Of a stretch of DNA of 64,000 bases, positions 28,096 through 40,170 are shown piece by piece. The notes beneath the pieces were generated by a model. The model was not told where the DNA came from and ran no database searches. It saw nothing but the letters and a program-made list of their open reading frames with translations. Numbering within the stretch: the stretch's first letter is position 1; each line of letters begins with the position of its first letter. The position numbers and the translations under genes were made by a program. Origin of the DNA: Eledone cirrhosa (taxonomy: Eukaryota); the NCBI GenBank assembly GCA_964016885.1, contig OZ024749.1:32240001-32304000 (forward strand), read 5' to 3'.

Positions 28096-28487
28096 GTCAG
28101 CTCATAAAGATTTATATTTCAGGATTTGTCATTTTCAAATGTTCTTTTTCTGGCATAAGGAAGGGTGGTAAGGGAGTCTTCCTGTTTTGTATGTGTGTGT
28201 GTGTAAGAGATTCTGCCAGTGATGTGTGAGTGTGTGCAAGAGAGTCTTGTAGTGTTGTGTGTGTGTGTAAGGGAGTTTTCTAGTGTTGTGTATGTGTGTA
28301 AGTGATTCTGCCAGTATTGTGTGTGGTCAATGTATAAAGGATTATCCATGTGTGTGTGTGAGGGATTCTGCCATTGTTGTATATGGTCAATGCATTTATA
28401 TAAATTTACATGCATGCACACACACACACACGCATACACACACACACACACACAAACACACATACACACATATATATATATATATAT

Positions 28488-28667
28488 AGAGGTAGACGAA
28501 AAACATGGGCGGAGGTGGTGAGAACAGACCTCAGATCATTGAAGCTCATGGTGGAGATGACGAAGGACCGTGACGAGTGGAGAGATGCTGTGCTGAATAA
28601 GACCCGTCCCACCCTTGCAAGCAGGGAAAAGCGGACGTAAAATGATGATGATGATGATGATGATGAT
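28488..28667 (+). mobile_element. 3'-terminal fragment of the same RTE family as 28966-31167
   Basis: Near-identical to about 30988-31167 (RKTWAEVVRTDLRSLKL...REKRT* plus tail). Confidence 0.9.
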
Positions 28668-28965
28668 AAATATAATTTCAGCGAGATCGAATTTCGGCAG
28701 TGGTCGAAAACAAAGCGAAACGCAATATCCAAGTTGTGCTAACAAGTGCTCCATGGACTAAATAAAGACCAGAGCAATAAACATAGGTTATAAAGGCCAA
28801 ACATACTGAGATGGCGGTCAAGAAGCCATCAACCACCTAAGTAAAAAAAATGAGGCAAGCCAAACATGTAAAACAAAATAATAGAATATATACAATATAT
28901 ACATGATATATATATATTTATATATTCATATATAAATATATATATATCTATATATCTATATATAT

Positions 28966-31167
28966 ATAGATAATAACTGGAAGTTCTTACATGACAACTT
29001 GCTGCAGGCTACTGATGAAACCTGTGGCTGGAGCAGAGCTCCAACCAGACAGAGAGTGACCTGGTGGTGGAACAGCACAGTAGATAAGGCTATTAGAGAC
29101 AAAAGACTAGCATGGAAGGCTTGGAAAAAGGGTGGGAGTAGGGAAGAATATACAGCCACTAAGAGAGAAGCTAGACGTCAGGTGTACTTAGCACGCAGGG
29201 AGGCAGAGAGTAGGAAGTTTGCCAATGTTCTGCGACGGGAAGATCAGAGACGTGCGGTGTTCCACATTGCAAGGCAGTGTATCAATGCAAATCAGGATGT
29301 TGTTGGTGATAAATGTGTCCGGGATGATGCCGGTGTACTTAGTGTCACGAATGACCAGAAAAAGGAGGCCTGGAAATGTCATTATGAGAGACTGATGAAT
29401 GTGGAGAACGAATGGGAGAGAGAGAAATTACCCTTGGTAGATCCGACAGAGGGACCAGCTATTGAGATTGACGAATATAGGGTCCAAGAGGCGATTAGGG
29501 AAATGAAAAATGGTAAGGCGGCCGGACCATCGGGAATAGTTGCTGAGATGCTGAAGGCATCAGGGGACGTAGGCACTAAACTGGTTGCACGCATCATCAA
29601 TCAGGCTATATATGGTGGTGTCATACCCAAAGACTGGTGCAGCAGTATTCTCATAAATTGCTACAAAGGTAAAGGGGATGCTTTGGAGAGGAGCAATTAT
29701 AGGGGTATAAAGCTGATAGATCAGGTTATGAAAGTGGCAGAAAGGATTTTAGCACAACTAATTAGAGAAAGGGTCAAACTAGATGAGATGCAGTTTGGTT
29801 TTGTGCCTGGGAAGAGTACAACAGATGCCCTCTTCTTGGTGAGACAAATGCAAGAGAGGTTCTTAGAGAAGAATAAGCCACTATACTTAGCCTTTGTTGA
29901 CCTAGAGAAGGCCTTTGATAGGGTACCCCGATCTGTCATCTGGTGGTCCCTAAGGAAGATGAGTGTTGAGGAATGGCTTGTGAGGACAATGCAAACTTTG
30001 TACAGAGGTACTCTCAGTAAAGTCAGGGTAGGAATGGAGTTTAGTGAGGAATTCCAGATACAAGTAGGAGTACATCAGGGTTCGGTCCTCAGCCCGCTCT
30101 TGTTCATTATAGTCCTCCAAGCCATAACAGAGGAGTTTAAGACTGGCTGTCCATGGGAACTTCTCTATGCTGACGATCTGGCTCTTATGGCAGAATCAGT
30201 AGAGGAGCTAGAGAATAAATTCCGGCTATGGAAACAGCAGTTGGAAGCAAGAGGACTGAGAGTAAATCTAGCTAAGACAAAAGTGTTGATGAGTAGAAAA
30301 GAGGACAAAACCCTGATTCCGTCAGGGAAATGGCCATGTTCGATATGCAGAAAAGGAACTGGCATAAATTCTATAAAATGCACACAATGCAGATCCTGGG
30401 TACACAAGAGATGTAGCGGGATAGCAGGCAAACTAACAGGTAGGGAGAAATATGTATGCAGTAGATGTACAGGGAAATTAGACAGTAGAAGTCGCACTGA
30501 TAGACACATTTTTCAAATGCGAGAGGGCGCTATAGAAGTGGTGGATAGCTTCCGGTACCTAGGAGATCAGATTAGCATGGGAGGAGGGTGTTCCGAGGCC
30601 ATAGTATCTAGAATAAGGACGGGTTGGAAGAAGTTTAGGGAGCTGCTTCCTCTGTTGACGAAGAAGGGTTTCTCCCTGCGTACGAAAGGCCGGTTGTATG
30701 ATGCCTGTGTGAGGAGCGCGATGCTGCATGGTAGTGAGACATGGGCAGCAACCGCAGAGGATATGCGACGGCTGGAGAGAAATGAGGCAAGCATGCTCCG
30801 TTGGATGTGCAGTGTAAATGTGCGTGAACGACCCAGCATAAATGTGTTGAGAGAGAAACTCTGTCTGAGAGGGATAGAATGTAGTGTACGGGAGAGGAGA
30901 CTGAGGTGGTATGGACATGTGATGCGCATGGAGGATGACCGATGGGTGAAGAAGTGCCAGGAAATGCCAGTTGAGGGAAGACGTGGTAGAGGTAGACCAC
31001 GAAAAACATGGGCGGAGGTGGTGAGAACAGACCTCAGATCATTGAAGCTCACGGTGGAGATGACGAGGGACCGTGACGAGTGGAGAGATGCTGTGCTGAA
31101 TAAGACCCGTCCCACCCTTGCAAGCAGGGAAAAGCGGACGTAAAATGATGATGATGATGATGATGAT
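28966..31167 (+). mobile_element. 5'-truncated RTE-clade LINE with uninterrupted 714-aa RT frame (28999..31143) and (ATG)n tail
   Basis: RT motifs NYRGIKL, FVDLEKAFD, YADD; no endonuclease domain seen; stop codon abuts the tail. Confidence 0.95.
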
Positions 31168-31172
31168 ATATT

Positions 31173-31211
<39 letters not shown>

Positions 31212-31907
31212 TTATAATATTAAGGATACTATTTATAGTTATGTATATTTTAAACTCTAAACAGGGAAGGTCAGTAATTTATTACTACCTTATTACCAGT
31301 AAGATAAATAGCTCAATGTAAGAACATCAGTTGTTCTACAGAGCAGTTATATAGAATTCACAAGAATCAAAGCTATGTTCAAAACATTTATTCACTTACA
31401 ATTGTTTCATCCAAACCTAGGCTTGGAGTCTTCGGAGCATTTTTTAATGCTTGTACATATAATTGACCTCCTATCCAACGCAAGAGACATACAGATACAT
31501 ATATATATATTGATGTACAGTGGAGTGACATATATTATACTATACTATATTTGTATAGTAATTCAAATTTAAAATCAAAATTAAAATACATGCGGCAGAT
31601 AACACAGATAATGCAATAGAATAGTCCAATAATTAGATCTAGTAGATAGTCTATGCGTTAGTCATACATGGAGCATGCAAGTGTGTCTCATTTATATAAG
31701 AGTATTGTGTGGCAAGGTATTACATGTAATACAAGCACTTTAAGCGGGTAAGCAAGAGTATTATGGTGGTTGTAGTGGGAGGGTATTTTTTGTATAGATC
31801 AAATTAGTATGTGTGCAGAAAAAGAAAGTTATAGTTTTCACATCCACCACCATTTTCACATCCAGAAAAAGGAAGTTATAGTTTTTACATCCATCACTTA
31901 TGTTACA

Positions 31908-32059
31908 ATGTATTCGTATTGAGTGTTTGATGTAGTAAAGGATTGTAATGTATTGAGGCTCGCAGCAGAAAGAACCTATTCTATAAATATGGATTAAATA
32001 ACACTGAGCCTCAATACGTTACAATCCTTTACTACATCAAACATTCAATACGAATACAT
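31908..32059. repeat. Hairpin, about 54-bp arms and about 44-nt loop
   Basis: atgtattcgtattgagtg...gaggctc / gagcctc...caatacgaatacat. Confidence 0.88.
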
Positions 32060-32261
32060 CGTTTCATTTTTTACGTTTATATATCATCATCATCATCATC
32101 ATCACTGTTTTACGTCCGTTCTTCCACGCTAGCATGGGTCAGACGGGTTGTCCTGTTGTGGGCAGTGTCTGGTCAGCTGACCATGCCTTGCTTATACAGG
32201 AACTGATTTATATATATATATATATACATATTATATTGCTCTGTAATTCTATCTTTAATAG

Positions 32262-32481
32262 ACATTTACATCTGCTATTGAAACCAAGAAATACAAAACT
32301 GTGGAAGAATTAAAACACCTGAAAGCCACGATTACCTGTAAACAACCTCTAGAAGAATTATATAACTTTGTTGGGTACATCAGCCTGAAAGACAACCAAA
32401 ACCTAGAAACTGAGATCCCTTTGGGTTCACAGAACCTACTTTTGAGAGGGGCCAGACTTCGTAATACACAATATATCTTTG
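32262..32481 (+). CDS. ATP11: ATP11-like exon: TFTSAIET...QNLLLRGARLRNTQYIF
   Basis: aatag| ... |gtaagg, 220 nt; LLLRGA.L.NT motif. Confidence 0.92.
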
Positions 32482-32959
32482 GTAAGGCGACCCACTCCTT
32501 CTCTATATTGTATTTCGTTGAGTTCCTTTCTAATTGTTGAGAGTGTGATGAGAAATTGGTCACTTATGACTATTGATACCCACCTGTCTGAACCTGCTAC
32601 GTCACTCCACTCCCAAACCCTGCCTTAGCCCTTTCGATCCCAACCCATTTAAAACAGCCCCCATCCCCCTAGCCCTTTTGATACCAATCCATCTGAACCT
32701 CCCTTCTCAAAACTTGATATCAACTCATCTAAAACTTCCCCCAACTCCACCCCACCCACCACTTTACACATTCAACTGAAATTGAGGGCCGTGTTTATGA
32801 AATAAACCCAGATTTAGCCCTAAAGGCTTAGAGAGAGAGGATCAACTGACAAACTCAACCAAGAATGAGGTCAGTTTAGCCACAAAATAATATATAATAG
32901 ACAACAAAAAGAAAATGTGTGAGACTGGAACTTCAGAAACGTAGTAGTAGTAGTAGTAA

Positions 32960-33029
<70 letters not shown>

Positions 33030-33369
33030 GGTGGTGGTAGACAGAAGAAGAAGAAGAAGAAGAAGAAGAAGAAGAAGAAGAAGAAGAAGAAGAAAAAGAA
33101 GAAGAAGAGTGGAAAGTTAAAGAGAAATAGTCACAAAACATGAACAAAATGAAACAAAACAAAATTTTTTAAAAAATGTTTTCTGTCATCAGGGAAGCCG
33201 ACAATTTCAAAAGAGAAGCTGAATTGACAGATAATTATGAGGAGATGGAGACCAGAATAAACTGCAAGATAAAGTGGTAAAAGATAAAATCCATATTGAA
33301 GACAGGTCTCCAGAATACTTGGTTAAAATGTTGGCAAGAAAAACTCCAATATGGTCTGGACCTGAAAAA

Positions 33370-33935
33370 TAGAACTAACACCAGACTACAAGCCAGTACC
33401 CCAGTATGGCCACAGTATAACACCGAGCAAAAGTTAGTGCCCCAGTATGGCCAGAGACTAATACCAGATCTAATAACACCCTGACATGGCTACAGTCTAA
33501 CACCAGCCCAAGTTGTGCTTCAGTATGGCCAAACTCTTACACCAAGCCTAATAGTACCCCAGTATGGCCACAGTTGAGCACCAGACCAAAGGACAATGCC
33601 CCAGTATGGCCCCAGTCCAACACCAGACCAAAAGACAATGCCCTAGTATGGCCCCAGTATGGCTCAGTCCAACACCACACCAAAAGACAATACCCCAGTA
33701 TGGCCCAGTCCAACACCAGACCAAAAGACAATGCCCCAGTATGGCCCAGTCCAACACCAGACCAAAAGCCAATCCCCCAGTATGGCCCCAGTCAAACACC
33801 AGACCAAAAGACAATGCCCCAGTATGGCCCAGTCCAACACCAGACCAAGCAATACTCTAGTACGGCCCCAGTCCAACACCAGACCAAAAGACAATGCCCT
33901 AGTATGGCCCCAGTCAAACATCAAACCAAAAACCA
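33370..33935. repeat. About 41-bp minisatellite
   Basis: ccagtatggccccagtccaacaccagaccaaaagacaatg. Confidence 0.88.
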
Positions 33936-34008
33936 AGTAAAAACACTATAACAAATGTATGAAAGTATATCTAAACACTATTTAATATGTCCTTATATTT
34001 CATTGCAG

Positions 34009-34090
34009 GTTGTGCTGTCTACACAGGCCAAGAGACTAAAATGGCCCTTAATTCCAAATTTAAAAGTGCCAAAGTCTCTGTAGTTGAAAG
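34009..34090 (+). CDS. ATP11: ATP11-like exon: (G)CAVYTGQETKMALNSKFKSAKVSVVE(R)
   Basis: ttgcag| ... |gtatgt, 82 nt; VYTG.ETK motif. Confidence 0.93.
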
Positions 34091-34142
34091 GTATGTATTA
34101 GTCACTGTTTAATAAATGTTGTTGTTTTTTTCTAAGCATAAA

Positions 34143-34562
34143 CTCTTAACATCCTGTACCACAACAAACCACCTTATTTCATCTATCATCTCTTAACGTC
34201 CTGTTCCACAGTAAAACATATTAGCAAGTCATTCTTGATAAGTACAAAACTACACTATGACTGCATCACATTAACTCTTAACATCCTATCCCACAGTATA
34301 CCACATATTAGCAAGTCATTCTTATAAAGAACAAAACAACACTATGACTGCATCACATAAATTCTTAATGTCCTGTACCATAACAAACCACATTATTTAA
34401 TGTATTATTTCTTAACATCCTGTACCACATGAAACCACATTAGCAAGTTATTCTTATAAAGAACAAAACAACACTATGAATGCATCACAGTAACACATAA
34501 TGTCCTGTACCAGAACAAACCACATTATTTAAGGTATTATCTCTTAACATTCTGCACCACAA
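34143..34562. repeat. Degenerate tandem repeat
   Basis: cttaacatcctgtaccac..aaaccaca recurs about 7 times. Confidence 0.7.
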
Positions 34563-34659
34563 GTTTCTTCTCTACCTTATATCATGTCTGGCTGAGTTAT
34601 TTATTATATTTGGTAAAGTCCTCATCAGTAATTACTTCTATGAAATATTCTATTTTCAG

Positions 34660-34795
34660 AACAATGAATGCATATCTGAAATTCTTCCTGTGTCTGTTGA
34701 TTGTTGAGGTTGCTCTATGTACAGGTCTACATTATTGGTTTGCAGAGAAGATGAAAGATTCATACTGGTACATTGAAAACCATGAAACTATAACT
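34660..34795 (+). CDS. ATP11: ATP11-like exon: TMNAYLKFFLCLLIVEVALCTGLHYW...WYI (TM3)
   Basis: tttcag| ... |gtaagt, 136 nt; phase consistent with neighbours; hydrophobic helix. Confidence 0.88.
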
Positions 34796-34946
34796 GTAAG
34801 TTTCTCTCTCTCTCTCTCTCTATTATAAGTTGAGCCAACTTATGCAGCTTCATATGCAAATGAGATTAATCAGCTCATTTACACAGATGAGAAAAGTATA
34901 TATTCTCGCCTGTCTTCTAGTCCAGCAGTCGCAAGCGGTGGGAGGG

Positions 34947-34990
34947 ACCGTCCTGACGAAGGCCAGTTAAGCCTGAAATGCATAGACGGT
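34947..34990 (+). ncRNA. Type I hammerhead ribozyme motif (minimal, Penelope-type)
   Basis: accgtc-CTGACGA-aggc(cagttaa)gcct-GAAA-tgca-TA-gacggt: perfect stems I and II, palindromic stem III. Confidence 0.8.
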
Positions 34991-35732
34991 TGTCCCCCTT
35001 GCTTCTGCTGGACATCACCAGAGGGCGTTAGTGGGGGTACTGAGGCTACAAAAACCTGCCTCAGGGTAACCGAAAGGGGAGAAAGGAGAAGGAAGTGGAG
35101 AGGGAGTGGAAGGAAGTGGGAAGAAGAGATAAAAGGAAAAAAAAGAGAAAAGTATTACATCTACCTATGTATGCTGGGGTTTCCCCTATCTTGTTCGACA
35201 AGTGGGGTTACAAGAAAGATGTTACAGCCATTCTCTACCCCCCCCCCCCCCCCCCCCGGAATTTGGCTACAAAACTCTGCCTCATACAGAACACCCACGA
35301 GATTCTTTACCAATCAACTAACACTTTTTCAAGCATTTTGACAACTTCCTGCAAGGAAAAGTCTTCAACAACCCAACAACCATTTAAAATGCCTTAAAAG
35401 AATTCTTCACCTCTTAAACTTCAGAATTCTGTTACTGGAAAATTAAACTTGTATCTCGTTGGCAAAAAAATGTATTAATTCTAATGGCTTTTATTTTAAT
35501 GAATAAAATTTATTTTGGACTGAAATATGTCATTTTATGGCAGCAATATATTTCTTTTGCAAGATTTTTTATATGAAATTGTGTGTTGAAACAGATATTT
35601 TTATATTTGGGGAAGGTTATGTTGTCCTAATATTGCCAAAAATAACAATAAAACACATTCAATGTCATTTTAAATTCAATGTTTAAAAGCCTGCATTCAT
35701 TTTTGAATAATTTGATATTATTATAATTCCAG

Positions 35733-35814
35733 GCAGGTGTGGTAGTTGGAGACTTACTGGCATATCTGGTTATTTTAAATTACACCATTCCTATCTCACT
35801 CTATGTCACAATAG
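35733..35814 (+). CDS. ATP11: ATP11-like exon: AGVVVGDLLAYLVILNYTIPISLYVTI(E) (TM4)
   Basis: ttccag| ... |gttcgt, 82 nt; PISL flippase motif. Confidence 0.92.
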
Positions 35815-36698
35815 GTTCGTATTATATCATTTTTCTCACATATTTTTTAACCCTTTCCTTACTATCTTAACTATAATAAAGAAAGGAGTGCAGGACTGGA
35901 TCCAGAATATATTTTTTTATCCCGTTAGTAAAATAAGTTGCATTACTTTGAATAAATAATGAAGGAATATTACATAATTTATCTACTAAATTTCGTAACT
36001 CTTGATTAAATATAAATAATTTTATTGTTCATTTAAAGATTCACTTCTTTAAAATTTTCAAATGTCAACACTTCCGTTTAGTAATCGCTTATATAATTCA
36101 TATATTTCCATCGATAATTTTCTCCTAATGCAGTTTATATATAATATAGTCTTTTTTTAATATGTCATGAATTACTTTACTGATTGCAGGTGAGAGTGTA
36201 ACACAGTCCCTCTTCAATTTCTGTGCATGTTCTCAATTATGATTTTATTTGACACATCATATCTAAATGTGTATATATTTGCGTATAATATCAATATGCA
36301 CACTACACATGCTAGCAGAAAACCACCCGAAGGGTGGTTTTTCTGCTAGTACTTTTAATAAAACATTACAACAACAAAAACAATAACTATTTAAGGCCAT
36401 ATTTGCTGCTAAAGAAGTGTTTAGCTTTGCAAGTCCCATAACAGGATTTGTATTCATTATAACCCATTTAGTTGCCTCTTATAGAATAGAGATATGGTAT
36501 ACCAATTCTAAACTTAGTTCTATTGAAATACACTCTATTAAAATTAATGAAGAATTTGGAGTGATTTACTAAGATTATTAATTATTTAATTATTAAAATT
36601 ATAGTAGTAACATAACTTCAAAGTTTCTTATATCAAATTATTTAACCATTTAATCAAACACCTCCCCGCCCAACCTTTATATTCTGTCTATATTTCAG

Positions 36699-36814
36699 AA
36701 GTCCAGAAATTTATTGGTTCCAAGTTCTTTGCTTGGGATTTGTCGATGTATGATGAACAGAGGTTCCTTCCTGCCAAGAGTAACACATCAGACCTCAATG
36801 AAGAATTAGGACAA
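36699..36814 (+). CDS. ATP11: ATP11-like exon: VQKFIGSKFFAWDLSMYD...NTSDLNEELGQ
   Basis: tttcag| ... |gtaagt, 116 nt; NTSDLNEELGQ conserved. Confidence 0.95.
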
Positions 36815-37131
36815 GTAAGTACCATATTGATGTAGTATTATATTGGTGTAGTACCATGTGGCATATTATTAGGGTTGGTTATGTTGGAAAGTATTAATTT
36901 AAATAGGAACCCTTTAAAATGGGTAGTTTTGTTTCATAGAACCATAGCTGGGTTTGTCAGGTTGATATCAAAAGAGTTAAATTAGAACCCTTTAAAACTG
37001 ATGGTTTTATTTCATAGAACCAGAGATGGTTTTGGTCAGGATGGCACCAAAAGGGTTAAATAGGAACCCTTTAGAATGGGTGGTTTTGTTTCATAGAACC
37101 AGAGCCACTTTTGGTTGGGTTGGTACTAAAA

Positions 37132-37418
37132 GTGGAGACACGTAGCCTAGAGGTAAAGGTGTTGGACTTTTGATCATAATATCATGGATTCGACTCCTGA
37201 AATGGGCTGTGTTGTGTTCTTGAGCAAAACACTTCATTTCACATTGCTCCAGTAAACTCAGCTGAAAATAAGCACCAGCAATAGCTGGGAGTTTAACCCT
37301 GTGATGGACTGGCTTCCTGTCCAGGGAAGAGTCTTGTACTCTCAATCACTTCACGCCACAGAAACTGGGATAAGCACTGGTCTGATGAGCCTTGGAGCTT
37401 GAGACAGACTTTAGACTT
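37132..37418 (+). mobile_element. tRNA SINE with CORE-like plus V-like domain (family C); related copies at 25710-25822 and 44415-44660 (minus)
   Basis: A/B boxes, ttgagcaaaacacttcatttcacattgctccag, then aaccctgtgatggactggc.tcctgtccaggg. Confidence 0.7.
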
Positions 37419-37534
37419 AATTTTTTTAGGTACCAAAAGGGTTTACATAGAACTGCTGTTTGTATGACAATGAGATCTAACCTATTATTACTATTTTTGT
37501 TTGTTTCTTTTCTGCTGGCATCTACTGTGTGTAG

Positions 37535-37696
37535 GTTGAATACTTGTTTACAGACAAGACTGGTACTTTAACACAGAACTGTATGAATTTTCAACAGTGT
37601 ATCATTGGAGATAGATGTTATATAGAACATAGAGATAAATTGTGCGAGAAACCAGAGATCCATGATGTAACACCTTTACCTGTACAAACACTCACT
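37535..37696 (+). CDS. ATP11: ATP11-like exon: VEYLFTDKTGTLTQNCMNF... (phosphorylation site)
   Basis: gtgtag| ... |gtaagt, 162 nt; DKTGTLT. Confidence 0.96.
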
Positions 37697-37893
37697 GTAA
37701 GTACTTTATTGTTTCACTCTCTTTATTTTATTTTTATTTTCTCTTTATTTCCCATTTTATTTCCAATTTTATTATACATTTTTTTTGCACTAGTTTATTT
37801 TATTGACTTTTCACCCTGGAAATTGAAGTGAAAGTGGGGACATTGGCCATGTACCCTTGCCAGTGATCTAGAACGCTAAACTCTGAAACTTAA

Positions 37894-38127
37894 CCCTTTA
37901 GCATTTCTATTGGCCATATCTGGCCACAATTCTCTCACCACTTTCTGTTCAAACCAACCATAACCAGCTGCGCATACTTATGTTAAGGTATTGTTCTCAA
38001 AATAAATAATATCAAAATCTCGTAAATTCAATATTATGTGAGATAATTAGCCTTTACTACAAAAATACAATAAGCCTTTACTACAAAAATACAATAATAT
38101 ATATAGAGTAATGTAAATGCTGAAGAG
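37894..38127. mobile_element. Copy of the piggyBac-type MITE family
   Basis: TTAA|ccctttagcatt...aatgctgaagag|TTAA; shares the internal sequence. Confidence 0.8.
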
Positions 38128-38131
38128 TTAA

Positions 38132-38400
38132 TGCTAAACACTAAACCCTAACCACTGACCATAACTATAACTATAAACTCTGAACCTTAACTCTGAACAT
38201 TAACCTTAAACCCTAGCCTTAAACCCCAACCTTTAATCCCAACATTTACCCCCAAACCCTAACTCTAACCCTAAACCCTAACCTTCAATCCTAACCCTTA
38301 ACCCCTAACCCAAACTCTAAGCATAAATCTTAATCTATAACCGTAAACCTTAAACCTAACTGCTAACCTTAACTCTCACCCTCAACTCTGGATGATGAAA
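38132..38400 (+). repeat. Degenerate (CCCTAA)n-like tract
   Basis: aaccctaa/aaccttaa variants. Confidence 0.7.
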
Positions 38401-38783
38401 CTAACTCATAAGTCTTGGACCCATAGTCTTAATACACCAGTCACAGAGAGCATGCAAAGATCAAATACACTGCCTCTACTTTTAGACGATACCAGGCATG
38501 GGCAATCCATGAAGAATCTTTTTGCTACCATGACAGAATCTCAATAGCAAAGGAATCTTCTAGGGAGTATCTCTGTTGGTTAAAATCATAAGGCAGGCCA
38601 CACTACTAAAAACTTCATGGCAATTCATAGAAATTAGGCATGTTATTCAGAAAGCCAAATGGACCACATGTGGCTCGTGGGCCAGAGTTTGCCTACGATT
38701 TGACTAAACCATGAAACATTCATCACTGCACTTTCTTATTAAAATACATACCTGATGTTGATTTCTTTTATTTCTCTTTACAG

Positions 38784-38965
38784 AATGAAATGCAAGAATT
38801 CTTTGAGGTTCTGGCATTGTGTCACACAGTTAGAGTGGATTATTCCAAAGGTTATTCCAAACCCAAGACAAGCAAACAAAATCTACAATACAGAGGTTCT
38901 GGTGTAGAATACAGTTACCAAGCTTCATCTCCTGATGAGAAAGCATTCCTAGATGCATGTAGAAA
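38784..38965 (+). CDS. ATP11: ATP11-like exon: NEMQEFFEVLALCHTV...YQASSPDEKAF
   Basis: tttacag| ... |gtaagt, 182 nt; LALCHTV and SSPDE motifs. Confidence 0.95.
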
Positions 38966-39377
38966 GTAAGTAATTTTCTTGCGTGTGTATATCATCACCC
39001 TCATCATCATCATCATCGTCATCATTTAACATCCACTTTCCCTACTAGCAAGGGTTGGACGGGTCTACATAGATCAAGTCAGTACTGAAGTGGGGCTACT
39101 GACCTCTCAGACAGGCCAAGCAGTCTATATCCTGCTTACGTACAATCATATATATATAGAACAACTATTACAGTAGCACAGGTTTTTATCTTGTCTTATA
39201 AGAACAAAGATAGCTGAAAAAGTAAAAGACGGAATCTCGTTTAATTTAAGTGATTCTATGAACTAAATTGATTGAGAAATTTTGCTCTGAATCAAACAAA
39301 ATTATGTTCTAGATAATTCTTTGAATGATTAGATTGCTGGAATTGGTATATAATGTATATATATATTTAATGATTAC

Positions 39378-39408
<31 letters not shown>

Positions 39409-39597
39409 TATACCGTCTAAACCCATGCTAGTGTGGAAGATAGATGTTAAACGTTGATGATAATGATGATATATATATATATATATATATTAGATTTTAG
39501 TTTAACAATGATAGTAATAACGAAGGCAAGTTATTTTACATATTCATTTCATTGTTTTACGATCGTTTTGGAGGGTTGATCATATAGACCACATTGT

Positions 39598-40170
39598 ATG
39601 TATCTGGGAAAAGCCTTCTACAGAGTCCCCCATGCTATAATCTGGTGGGATCTTAGAAAATTAGGAGTAGATGAATGGCTTGTGAAAGCTATACAAGCCA
39701 TGTATAGAGGAGCAGTCAGCAAAGTTAGAGTTAGCAATGACTATAGCGAGGAATTTAGTATACAGGTCGGTGTCCACCAGGGCTCTGTTCTTAACCCTCT
39801 CCTGTTCATTATAGTTTTGCAGTCAATAACAGAGGAATTTAAGACTGGATGCCCATGGGAACTCCTGTATGTGGACGATCTCGCACTTATAGCTGAATCC
39901 ATGGAGGAACTAGAGAAGAAATTCCAAACATGGAAGCAGGGGCTAGAAAAAAAGGGTCTCAAAGTCAACCTGACAAAGACTAAGGTTCTTGTAAGTAGAC
40001 AAGAAAACAGAACCCAGATCCCCTCAGGGAAATGGCCTTGCTCAGTATATAGGAAAAGTGTAGGTAGGAACTCCATCCTCTGCCCCAAATGCAAACAATG
40101 GGTACACAAGAAATGTAGTTGGATCTCAAGAATTTTAACTAAGAATGTAGGCATCATATGTAGCAGTGTT
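39598..40170 (+). mobile_element. Internal RTE LINE RT fragment
   Basis: KAFYRVP...HQGSVLNP...WELLYVDD...PSGKWPC; paralogous to the 9.8-11.2 kb element. Confidence 0.9.

Noticed and set aside
36170-36196. ttgcag|gtgaga as a recursive splice site or micro-exon
   Set aside because: The intron is under 1 kb and the flanking exons already join in phase; no further support.
36312-36349. Rho-independent terminator
   Set aside because: Eukaryotic intron with no bacterial gene context; reported instead as a Helitron-like hairpin.
37378-37412. CTGATGAgcc...GAGAc in the family C SINE tail
   Set aside because: No GAAA or valid helices; it is an ordinary SINE 3' segment.
38132-38400. Interstitial telomere or chromosome fusion scar
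   Set aside because: Highly degenerate, short, single orientation and inside an intron.
38492-38702. hAT MITE (caggcatgggcaa...gtttgccta)
   Set aside because: Ends too degenerate and no TSD identified.
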